Assembly (NCBI GenBank): GCA_041630155.1
Contig: JBFKLX010000002.1
Span: forward strand, 3,769-67,768
Reading direction: 5' to 3'
Length of the DNA stretch: 64,000 nucleotides
From: Acidobacteriota bacterium
Lineage (GTDB): Bacteria > Acidobacteriota > UBA6911 > RPQK01 > JANQFM01
Shown: in pieces, positions 38,795 through 46,755 of the stretch
Position numbering within the stretch: position 1 is the first letter of the stretch
Layout of the letters: every line of letters starts with the position of its first letter
Made by a program: the position numbers and the translations under genes
Notes under the pieces: model-generated
Told to the model about the DNA's origin: nothing
The model's input: only the letters and a program-made list of their open reading frames with translations
Databases searched by the model: none

Positions 38795-39705
38795 GTCAGG
38801 TCCATTTCCCGTTTCCCGAAGAAGAACTCCTCAGCACGGGGCACCTGGGTTGCCAGGGCTGCGGCGCCGCTCTGGCCATGCGCCACGTGCTCAAAGGCCT
38901 GGGCGAGAAGACCGTCGTGGTAATCCCGGCTTGTTGCTGGTCAATCATCGCGGGCCCCTTCCCCTATTCGGCCCTCCGCGTCCCCGTGTTGCACACGGCT
39001 TTCGAGACAGCAGCCGCGTCGGCTTGCGGGGTGCGGGCCGCGCTGGACTGCAAGGGGGACCGCGAGACCACGGTCATGGCTTGGGCGGGAGACGGCGGGA
39101 CCTTCGACATCGGACTTCAGGCACTTTCCGGAGCCGCCGAGCGGAACGAGAACATCCTTTACGTGTGCTACGACAACGAGGCCTACATGAACACGGGTGT
39201 CCAAAGCAGCTCGGCAACCCCCTGGGGCGCCTGGACTACCACGACTCCCGATTACAAGAAACAGTCCAAGAAGGACATCATGCGGATCATGGCGGCTCAC
39301 GGGATCCCCTACGCCGCAACCGCATCCGTGGCTCACCCGGATGACCTGGTGCGGAAAGTGCAAAGCGCCCGGGACATCGAAGGGATGCGTTTCCTGCACG
39401 TGCTGGCGCCCTGCCCACCGGGCTGGAAGATCCCCTCCGAGCTCGCGATCAAGCTGGCCCGTCTGGCCGTCCAGACACGGATGTTTCCCCTCTTCGAAAT
39501 CGAAGACGGCCTGCGCTGCCGGCTCAGCCCGGTGGCCGACCCGCAACCGCTCGAAGAGTACCTGCGCCTGCAGGGCCGCTTCAGCCATCTGAGCGAGCGG
39601 GACGTCCAGCACCTGCAACGGATGGTGGACGAGCGCTGGGAGCAGCTCGAGAACTGGGCGGCACGCGAGCCCGTCTCGACGCCGGCCGTGCCGGCGAAGT
39701 CGTAA
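38791..39705 (+). CDS. porB: 2-oxoacid:ferredoxin oxidoreductase beta subunit (TPP-binding)
   Basis: 'CQGCG' motif. 'GDGG.FDIG...N' is a TPP-binding GDG...N motif. 'VCYDNEAYMNTG'. ATGA overlap with porA. Confidence 0.85.
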   Translation: MSQVHFPFPEEELLSTGHLGCQGCGAALAMRHVLKGLGEKTVVVIPACCWSIIAGPFPYSALRVPVLHTAFETAAASACGVRAALDCKGDRETTVMAWAGDGGTFDIGLQALSGAAERNENILYVCYDNEAYMNTGVQSSSATPWGAWTTTTPDYKKQSKKDIMRIMAAHGIPYAATASVAHPDDLVRKVQSARDIEGMRFLHVLAPCPPGWKIPSELAIKLARLAVQTRMFPLFEIEDGLRCRLSPVADPQPLEEYLRLQGRFSHLSERDVQHLQRMVDERWEQLENWAAREPVSTPAVPAKS

Positions 39706-39920
39706 AAGCCAGCATCCCTCGCCAAACCCGCGCGCCAGCGCTCCTGGTCGACGGCCCGGCCGATCCGCGACTCTTCGCCGGCGGCCTGGCACCCCAGCCG
39801 AGGCGTTCCCATTCACCCCCTCGCCGTCCATCGCGCCCCTGCCGATCCACCGATCCCAGGCCTCCACTGCCAGCCTTCGCCATCCCCTCTCCACAGCAAC
39901 CGAGTCGCTGTCCAGAGAGG

Positions 39921-39965
39921 CTCGATTTTCACTCACGTGTCACATTAGATTCTAGAATCTAAATA
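39921..39965. repeat. AT-rich 45-bp element, copy A (ctcgattttcactcacgtgtcacattagattctagaatctaaata)
   Basis: Direct near-identical copy of the element at 40530-40573. Strongly AT-rich in a roughly 65% GC genome. Contains the -10-like sequence TAGAAT. Confidence 0.7.
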
Positions 39966-40140
39966 TCTTCATAAAATAGAACTCTTCTCCTATTAGATCC
40001 CGTACTGGACACCCGGCTGAAAGAGAATTGCCCTGTCCCCTTTCCCGTCCCCTCTCCCGCTTGTGCTCGGGGGTTCGACCCGGCGTCGGTCCGATTGTGC
40101 CCTGTCCCCAGCCGGCCATCCGCACGGGCGGATCTGTGCC

Positions 40141-40192
40141 CTGTCCCCAGGTTTTTCGCTGTCCCCAGGTTTTTCTGTCCCCAGGTTTTTCG
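40141..40192. repeat. Tandem repeat, three units of CTGTCCCCAGGTTTTT(CG)
   Basis: Three adjacent units of 18, 16 and 18 bp seen directly in the sequence. Each unit embeds the second half of the dispersed motif (TGTCCCC). Confidence 0.8.
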
Positions 40193-40529
40193 ACCCGGTT
40201 TCCAGCTGTGACCCCGGGAGGTCTGGAGGTCTGAAGGCAGACGGAGAGTGTGTGAATCCTGCCCTGTCCTCATTCTCCGTTCGTTCCCACCTCGTCCCCG
40301 TCAGCCGGCCTCGGTCCGACTTCTGCCCTGTCCCCAGCCTGTCTGCCGCCTACGTCGAGGGCCCAGACGAGGCTCAACCGTTGGCCGGCATCCTCACACA
40401 CGGTCGACTCGTTGCGATTCACAACCCACTCCCACCCTCATCGCTGCCCTACCTCTCTGACGACTCGAAGCCCACCCTCGCCACCCTCGCCACCCTCCCC
40501 ACAAACCCCGAATGGCTGCCTGACACGCG

Positions 40530-40573
40530 CTCGACTTTTACTCATTTTTCACATTAGAACCTATAATCTAAAT
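40530..40573. repeat. AT-rich 45-bp element, copy B (ctcgacttttactcatttttcacattagaacctataatctaaata)
   Basis: Direct copy of the 39921 element (about 80% identity). Contains a perfect TATAAT. Confidence 0.7.
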
Positions 40574-41373
40574 AGCCGTAAAAAAGTTATTAATCTTAGG
40601 CGCAATTCCGTTCCCTGATGGAAACGAGCTGCCACAGAGTTGTCCAGCCCCTGTCACCCGGCCCGTCCGATTCTGCCCTGTCCCCAGTCTGCCCAGCCTG
40701 GCGAGAGCCAAGGGAAATTCACGAAGCTGCTGGAATCCTGGCCCGCGCCGCCTGGCAGGCGTCACATCTGCCCTATCTCCCAAGAGCCTTCGATCGGGTT
40801 TCAGCGGTGAGCTCCTGGGGGTCTGGATGCAACGGTTGTCCTGAATCTTGCCCTGTCCCCTATGATTCCCTTCTGCGCACTCTGCCGGGGACGGAGAATC
40901 GCTGAGGCGCGGCTGCCTGGTTGGGTGATCTGACCCGTGGGGGGTGCTTATTACACTGCCTGCTGGAAGCATCACTGTTCACACACTCCGAACCCACCTC
41001 TTCAATCTGAACAGTCCCCCGCGCTCCCCTTGCGCTCTGAGGATGACCCGGGCTGGCTCGGGTGGCCGCGCCTCGAATGACTCTCTGGCACATTGGGCTG
41101 GCTGCCTCGGCTCGGCCGGAAGGCCCTTCAGCACAAGGCTTCCCGCGCTTCGCGACGCATCAAATGCGAATCGCAGGCCAATCGAGCCGCAGCAGCTCCC
41201 GGGCCGGGATCGACCGCCTTCTGCGCCGGTCATCCCCGATCCGAGGGGACTCGGCAACCGATTGGCGAGCCGACAGCGGTATAGAAGTTGCTTCGCTGTC
41301 TGCATTCGACGGATTAGAGAATCCGGTACACGCAGAATGCTTTCGAGCCGCATTTCTGGAAGGGGGTCCAGCT

Positions 41374-43071
41374 ATGACAAGGCGAACTTTACGACTCAGC
41401 TTACTGGCAATCACGATCTCCGTGCCAGCCTTCGTGCGGGCCGATGGAGACTATCGCTCGGTCGACACGGAGGGTCCTGAGAGCCGCTCTGGCCACACCC
41501 TGAGCGGAGTGTACATGTTCGGAGGTCGGAGCGACGAAGGAGACGTCTTCGATGAACTCTGGGAGTTTGGCTTTGATGGGGAGACTGGCTTTGATCCTGA
41601 ATGGAACGAAGTGCCTTTCATTGACCCCTGGCCCGCGGGGCGCTGGGGTCACGTCTCCTGGGTCTCGGACCGCTACCTTTACATTGCGGGCGGCCGCGGC
41701 GCCGACTCCCAGTTCATCCCGGACGCGTGGCGCTTCGACACCGTCGCCAGGACCTGGCAGGAGATCGAATTCTATCCAGGCCCGCACCAGGTCGCCGGAG
41801 GAGCCGCCTCACACGACAACAACGGCTACCTGTTTGCCACCGAGGACGGCGCGATCCATACGTACGACGAGGAGACCAACCAATGGGAGACGCTACTCCC
41901 CGACAGCGGGCCCACCCAGCGCTCTCATAGCACCGTGGTCCAGAATATCCCCCCCGGACCCGCCAATGGTCAGCAGCCGCTTCAGAATGGCAACTCGTCG
42001 AAAGCCTGGGTGATCGGCGGTGCCAACGCGTCTGGCATCTCGAGCGAAGTTTGGGAGTTCGACTTCGCCACTCAAAGCTGGACCCGGCGGGCCGATCTGC
42101 CCGTGGCTCTGTCCAGCCTGGCCGGAGCTTACGATGATCAGCGAGATCGAGTGCTGGTTTTTGGCGGCGTGAGCCCCGAGGGTTTCAGCCGAGCCACCTG
42201 GGAGTACGATCCCGCCACGGATTCCTGGACGCGACGTCTCGACATGCCTGAGGCCCTAGTACTGTCCGGGGCCACGGCCACTGGCGAAGGGGGAACAATC
42301 ATCTTCGGGGGCCGCAGGAGCGACCAGACCGCTTCGGGACGAACACTCGCCTATCGCTCCGGCGAGACCCTGTACATGGCTCAGTTCGGCAACGGCCAGG
42401 GGTTCACCAGCGACATCGTGTTGGCCAACCCCACCGCCGACCAGACAGCTTCGGGCACGATTTCCTTTGCCGGAAACGAAGGACTTCCCCTGGAGGTCAC
42501 GATCGTGGGGGACACTGGATCAGCGTCCGCTCATCGAATCATTCCCCTTCAGGCCGGTTCAGAGGTGGAGTTCTCCATCCCTCCGCGAGCCAGCATCACG
42601 CTGTCGACGGACGGCCAAGGCGATTTGGTCGAGGGCTCCGCACGGGTTCTCTCAAACCTCCGCCTGGGAGGAGTGATCCGCTTCAGCATCCCCGCAATCG
42701 GGATTGCGGGCGTGGGGGCGAGTCCCCCGATGGACGGTTTCATTGTCCCGGTGCGACGCCAGGCGGGAGGTATCAACACCGGTCTGGCCATCTTCAGCCG
42801 GGAAGTGAGGCCGGTCACTCTCGTGCTGACGCTCTACAGTGATGGTCAGCAGATTGCGACCACGACGATCGAAGATTTCGTGGCCCGGGCCCACCTGGCC
42901 CGCTTCATCGATGGCCTCTTTCCCGAGGTCGACACCACCGACTTCGTAGGAACAGTGGTGGTCGAAGTGATCGACGGCCAAGTCACTGCCACGGCCCTTG
43001 AGCTCGGCCGCCAGCCCGGCCAGTTCACCACTCTACCGGTGACTCCCCTGGAGCCGAGCCCCAGTTCGTGA
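41374..43071 (+). CDS. Secreted Kelch-repeat (galactose-oxidase-like beta-propeller) protein with a C-terminal beta-rich domain
   Basis: Signal peptide 'MTRRTLRLSLLAITISVPAFVRA'. Repeated 'GG...W.FD/YD....W' Kelch blades. The start is placed at residue 105 of the track ORF. Confidence 0.7.
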   Translation: MTRRTLRLSLLAITISVPAFVRADGDYRSVDTEGPESRSGHTLSGVYMFGGRSDEGDVFDELWEFGFDGETGFDPEWNEVPFIDPWPAGRWGHVSWVSDRYLYIAGGRGADSQFIPDAWRFDTVARTWQEIEFYPGPHQVAGGAASHDNNGYLFATEDGAIHTYDEETNQWETLLPDSGPTQRSHSTVVQNIPPGPANGQQPLQNGNSSKAWVIGGANASGISSEVWEFDFATQSWTRRADLPVALSSLAGAYDDQRDRVLVFGGVSPEGFSRATWEYDPATDSWTRRLDMPEALVLSGATATGEGGTIIFGGRRSDQTASGRTLAYRSGETLYMAQFGNGQGFTSDIVLANPTADQTASGTISFAGNEGLPLEVTIVGDTGSASAHRIIPLQAGSEVEFSIPPRASITLSTDGQGDLVEGSARVLSNLRLGGVIRFSIPAIGIAGVGASPPMDGFIVPVRRQAGGINTGLAIFSREVRPVTLVLTLYSDGQQIATTTIEDFVARAHLARFIDGLFPEVDTTDFVGTVVVEVIDGQVTATALELGRQPGQFTTLPVTPLEPSPSS

Positions 43072-43145
43072 AGAATGAGTCACGGGGTACGGGAAGGAGC
43101 ACGAGGGGCAGGGCACTTTGTCCGGCTTGCCTCCTACAAAAAAAT

Positions 43146-43231
43146 TGCCCTGTCCTCACTCCCGAGAGTGCCCTGTCCCTGTCTCCAACTAGACTCCCAA
43201 CTAGAAGGTCGATGAAGTTTGCCCTGTCCCC
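43146..43231 (+). repeat. Second cluster of the TGCCCTGTCC[CT]C motif, three copies
   Basis: Copies at about 43146, 43169 and 43220. They lie between the convergent Kelch gene and the Cys-rich protein gene. One further copy sits at 51110-51121. Confidence 0.7.
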
Positions 43232-43362
43232 AAAAGATAGTCCCCAAAAGATAAAGAGAAGAGAGAACGAAATCTGGAGTGAGCTTCCTCCCAGGGCAGG
43301 GGTATTCTCTCTCGCGCGAGTCTGAGGAATGGACTGGGTTCTTCGTGAGAGTGTTCAATTCA

Positions 43363-43803
43363 TCACTGCTTCACGACCACCTCGAATATGCACGTGCCAC
43401 CAACGGAACAGCTCCCCTCGCATGCGATGATTCCGTCGATGATCCTGACCTTGCAGTTGCTGGAACCACTCGAAGAACAGGTGCAACTGAAAGTGCCCTT
43501 GACTCCGGCTGCTCCCTGCTTTCTCAAAACCAGCCTGTTTCTGGCCGCGATTTCGAATTCGTAGCCTTTCTCGAGGCTCAGTCGATTTCCCTCCAGCTTC
43601 ACTCCCTCGGGAACTCTTCGTCGTTGGGTCACCGTTCGTCCGGGCTGCTCCTCGGACCCCTCGAAACTCTCGGCTGCGGCAACGACTTTGGCGCGTTCTC
43701 GGGGAGTCGAAGGGTAGGTGTGACCTGAACTTGTTGCTTTCTTTGCGATCGCCGGGGCCATCAGAATGACCGCCAGTGCCGGAAGCAGAATTCTCCCGCT
43801 CAT
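43363..43803 (-). CDS. Small secreted Cys-rich hypothetical protein (146 aa)
   Basis: Strong RBS, GGAGGAACaaaATG. Signal peptide 'MSGRILLPALAVILMAPAIA'. Six cysteines in the last 40 residues, 'CTCSSSGSSNCKVRIIDGIIACEGSCSVGGTC'. GC content and codon usage are lower than in neighbouring genes. Confidence 0.6.
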   Translation of the reverse strand: MSGRILLPALAVILMAPAIAKKATSSGHTYPSTPRERAKVVAAAESFEGSEEQPGRTVTQRRRVPEGVKLEGNRLSLEKGYEFEIAARNRLVLRKQGAAGVKGTFSCTCSSSGSSNCKVRIIDGIIACEGSCSVGGTCIFEVVVKQ

Positions 43804-44008
43804 TTTGTTCCTCCGTTTGTTTCAACTCGTTTCGTCAGGTCGGGATTCACCTTCCGCGAGAAGGCTTCACTGTTGCACTCCTTTCTAACCGAATCAGGTG
43901 GAAGTTTCAATGGGCCAGGTCTCTCTCGAGGCGAGGGCTCGGTGTGGTTGCACCGGAGTGGAGGTGCCGGAAAACTCCCGTTTCCCGCCACTGACGGCGC
44001 AACTCGGC

Positions 44009-44698
44009 TCAAGCGGGAACACTCATCGGTCGTCCGTTGTCCTTGGGTCCCAGGCCCAAGAGAAATGGAACGGCTCGTCTCGCCCACTGTCGGGGACTCG
44101 GATGGGAAGCCGCGCTTGGTCCAAAGCAGCTCTCCAACATCTGAGTGTGAATCACTCCTGGATTGAGAGGCACCGCCGCCATCCCTTCCGGTAATTCCTG
44201 GGCCAATGCGCGCGTCAGGCCTTCAATGGCCCATTTGGTCGCGCAATAGGGAGCCACCTCCCGCGACGTGGACCGCCCCCAGCCGGAACTGAAATTGACG
44301 ATCACGCCTCTGCCACGCTCGACCATCGCCGGTACGATGTGACGAACGAGGTGATACACGCCTTTGATATTGACATCCACGACCTTCGAAAACTCTTCGC
44401 CGGGGACTTCCCACAGGGGTGCGTTCCGGTTGATCAAAGCCGCGTTGTTGAGCAGCAAGTCGGGTGGGCCGAAATCGGCCAGGATGATTTCAGCCCAGCG
44501 GCGAACTTCCTCTTCGAGACACACATCGACGGTCTCGAAACGGTGCGGGCGCGGATAGCGATGGCGCAGTTCCTCAATCTGCTGTCGTGAGCGCGCACAG
44601 CCCAGCACGGTATGCCCGCGCCGAGCGAATCCATCCACCATCGCGCGTCCCAGGCCCCGGCTCGCACCAGTCAGCAAAACCCGTTTCGACTCCCCCAT
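44009..44698 (-). CDS. SDR family oxidoreductase
   Basis: 'VLLTGASRGLGRAM' Rossmann motif, 'NNAA', and YxxxK in 'YCATKWA'. Confidence 0.8.
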   Translation of the reverse strand: MGESKRVLLTGASRGLGRAMVDGFARRGHTVLGCARSRQQIEELRHRYPRPHRFETVDVCLEEEVRRWAEIILADFGPPDLLLNNAALINRNAPLWEVPGEEFSKVVDVNIKGVYHLVRHIVPAMVERGRGVIVNFSSGWGRSTSREVAPYCATKWAIEGLTRALAQELPEGMAAVPLNPGVIHTQMLESCFGPSAASHPSPRQWARRAVPFLLGLGPKDNGRPMSVPA

Positions 44699-44868
44699 GG
44701 CAACACTCTATCACCCGGGAACCGAAGCTTTACGGACGGCAGATTCTCGAGACTCCACGGATCGAAAGTGCCGCGAAGTGCCAGTCGATTGAAGACCTGG
44801 TTGGGGACCGGGCAAATTGCGAATTGCGGACCCGATCAGGGGCTTGGATCGATGCTGGCGGGCCGATC

Positions 44869-45948
44869 TCAGGCAATCTTGCGCAGCTGTCGGTAGAGCG
44901 TGTCGCGCTGGGCGGGGACGTAGCCGGCTTCTTCCACGAGCCGGATCAAATCCTGGCTGGTGGCCTTGCGGTGGGCTCCGGCCGAACTGATCACGTTCTC
45001 CTCGATCATGATGCTGCCCACGTCGTTGGCGCCGAAATGCAGGGCAATCTGGGCCACTTTCAAGCCTTGCGTCAACCACGAGACTTGGATGTTCTGGATA
45101 TTGTCCAGGTAGATGCGGCTGACCGCCAGCAGGAGAAGATACTCAACCGCTGAAACCTCGGTCTTGATGGTCTGGGACATCGGCGTCCCTTCCAGCTGGA
45201 CGTTCCAGGGAATGAACGCCACGAACCCTCCGGTCTCATCCTGCAGGCGGCGCAGTCTCTCCAGGTGTTCCACCCGCTCCTCCAAAGTCTCGCCCCCCCC
45301 GATCATCATCGTGGCGGTCGTCAGCAGGCCCTCTTCGTGAGCAATGCGCATGATGTCGAGCCACTCCTGCGCAGTACATTTGCCCGGACCGATTTCCCGG
45401 CGCATCCGTTCGGTCAGGATCTCGGCGCCCCCCCCTGGGATGGAATCCAAGCCCGCCGCCTTGAGGCGACGGATGGCCTCCCGAAAGGAGATCCGGCTCA
45501 GCCTTGCCAGGACCACGATTTCCGGGGGGGAAAAGCAGTGGAGGTGAATCGGGAAGCGCTGGCGGATGGAGCGCAACAGATCTTCGTAGTAATCGATCTT
45601 CAAGTCGGGATTCATGCCCCCCTGCATGAGAATCCCAGTTCCCCCCAGTTGGAGCGTTTCCTCGATCTTGCGAAAGATCTCCTCGTGCTCCAGAAGGTAG
45701 CCTTCCTCGTGCCTGGGCTTGCGATAGAAGTTGCAGAAGGTGCAACGTGCCACGCAGACGTTGGTGTAGTTGATATTGCGGTCGATCAGAAACGACACAA
45801 TGTTGCCGGGATGCTTGCGGCGACGGACGCAATCGGCCGCTTCGCCGATGGCGGCCAGATCGTGCGACCGCAGCAGCACGAGACCCTCCTCGGGCGTGAG
45901 GCGTTTCCCTGCCTGAACCGACTCGAGGATTTCCGGAACACTCCTCAT
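44869..45948 (-). CDS. Radical SAM enzyme of the MqnC/MqnE/CofH family (futalosine-pathway type)
   Basis: 'NINYTNVCVARCTFCNFY' is a CxxxCxxC motif in MqnC/MqnE-like context. 'GGTGILMQGG'. The C-terminal barrel is shared with MqnC/MqnE/CofH. The start is placed at M51 of the track ORF. Confidence 0.7.
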   Translation of the reverse strand: MRSVPEILESVQAGKRLTPEEGLVLLRSHDLAAIGEAADCVRRRKHPGNIVSFLIDRNINYTNVCVARCTFCNFYRKPRHEEGYLLEHEEIFRKIEETLQLGGTGILMQGGMNPDLKIDYYEDLLRSIRQRFPIHLHCFSPPEIVVLARLSRISFREAIRRLKAAGLDSIPGGGAEILTERMRREIGPGKCTAQEWLDIMRIAHEEGLLTTATMMIGGGETLEERVEHLERLRRLQDETGGFVAFIPWNVQLEGTPMSQTIKTEVSAVEYLLLLAVSRIYLDNIQNIQVSWLTQGLKVAQIALHFGANDVGSIMIEENVISSAGAHRKATSQDLIRLVEEAGYVPAQRDTLYRQLRKIA

Positions 45949-46116
45949 CCTCACTATTGTAGAGGCTTGTTCGGACCGGCGCCAAGTGGGCGCGACGGGT
46001 GAGCTGCCCGCCGGCGGCGGGAAGCTCCCCATCGACGAGCCAAGCCAGCTCCGGGATTCGGGTCGCGGCTCAGCGCGATTCGAGCGGCCCACGGCCAAAT
46101 CGACTAGAATGAAGGC

Positions 46117-46710
46117 ATGACAGCTCGCAGTATTTTCTGCATCCTGTGCTTGCTGGGTCTCGCCTTCCAGGTACCGCCGGCGGGACGCCGCAATCTACCG
46201 CCTCCCTTGCGGCTGCACGTGCCGTTCGAGACCGTCTGGAAGGTCACTGAAACCGAGCTCGAGACCGAGCAGGAGGAGCCGCTCCTTTTGAAGGATCGCG
46301 CCCAGGGGCGGTTCATGACTCCGTTCCGCGAATTCAGCTCGGGCCTGCTCACCGAGAGCCATATCGAAAAGATCGGCGAAAGGCCCAAGCTGATCGACGC
46401 TGTGTGGAAGAGCGTCCAGTATCAGTACGACGTCGGGCTCACGTTGATCGACGACAAGCAGACCCTGCTGACCGTGGACGTCAACATCCGGGCTCTCAAA
46501 CGGGAATTCCTGGGTGCGGAAAGCTGGGTCAACATTCCCTCCAATGGCCGTCTGGAGACTGACCTGCTCAACCTGATCGGACGCAACCTCTTCGGCCAGT
46601 CCTTCTCCCTGGCTGCACCCAAGAAGGGCTTCTGGGAACGTGAACCTGGCTACATCCAGGACGCCGAAATCAACCCTCAGGTAATCGGCCCGGAGCGCAA
46701 GCGGCCGTGA
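46117..46710 (+). CDS. Hypothetical secreted/lipoprotein
   Basis: N-terminal signal peptide. No catalytic motifs. Confidence 0.45.
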   Translation: MTARSIFCILCLLGLAFQVPPAGRRNLPPPLRLHVPFETVWKVTETELETEQEEPLLLKDRAQGRFMTPFREFSSGLLTESHIEKIGERPKLIDAVWKSVQYQYDVGLTLIDDKQTLLTVDVNIRALKREFLGAESWVNIPSNGRLETDLLNLIGRNLFGQSFSLAAPKKGFWEREPGYIQDAEINPQVIGPERKRP

Positions 46711-46755
46711 GCCGCTTTGCTTGGGCCTCGGGAAACCACCCTTGTCGAGTGAAAC

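Larger units (their letters stand above)
40028..40860 (+). repeat. Cluster of seven same-orientation copies of the dispersed 12-mer TGCCCTGTCCCC (one copy has T at position 11)
   Basis: Copies hand-located at about 40028, 40098, 40137, 40260, 40324, 40674 and 40849. Three of them share a longer 27-bp context: CGGTCCGAYTNTGCCCTGTCCCCAGYC. Confidence 0.75.

Noticed and set aside
40060-40100. Possible tRNA-like GGTTCGACC T-loop in the repeat island
   Set aside because: No consistent acceptor, D or anticodon stems could be built around it. No tRNA was found anywhere in the window by eye.
40028-40860. CRISPR array
   Set aside because: The repeats are 12-27 bp with irregular spacing (33-348 bp), not uniformly spaced 28-37 bp repeats. 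No cas genes are present.
43363-45948. RiPP-type cluster (Cys-rich peptide, radical SAM, ABC exporter)
   Set aside because: The Cys-rich protein is 146 aa with a Sec signal peptide rather than a leader peptide. The radical SAM has MqnC/MqnE-type motifs and no SPASM/twitch region. The ABC pair is 2 kb away, on the other strand, and lacks a C39 peptidase domain. Kept only as a low-probability note.
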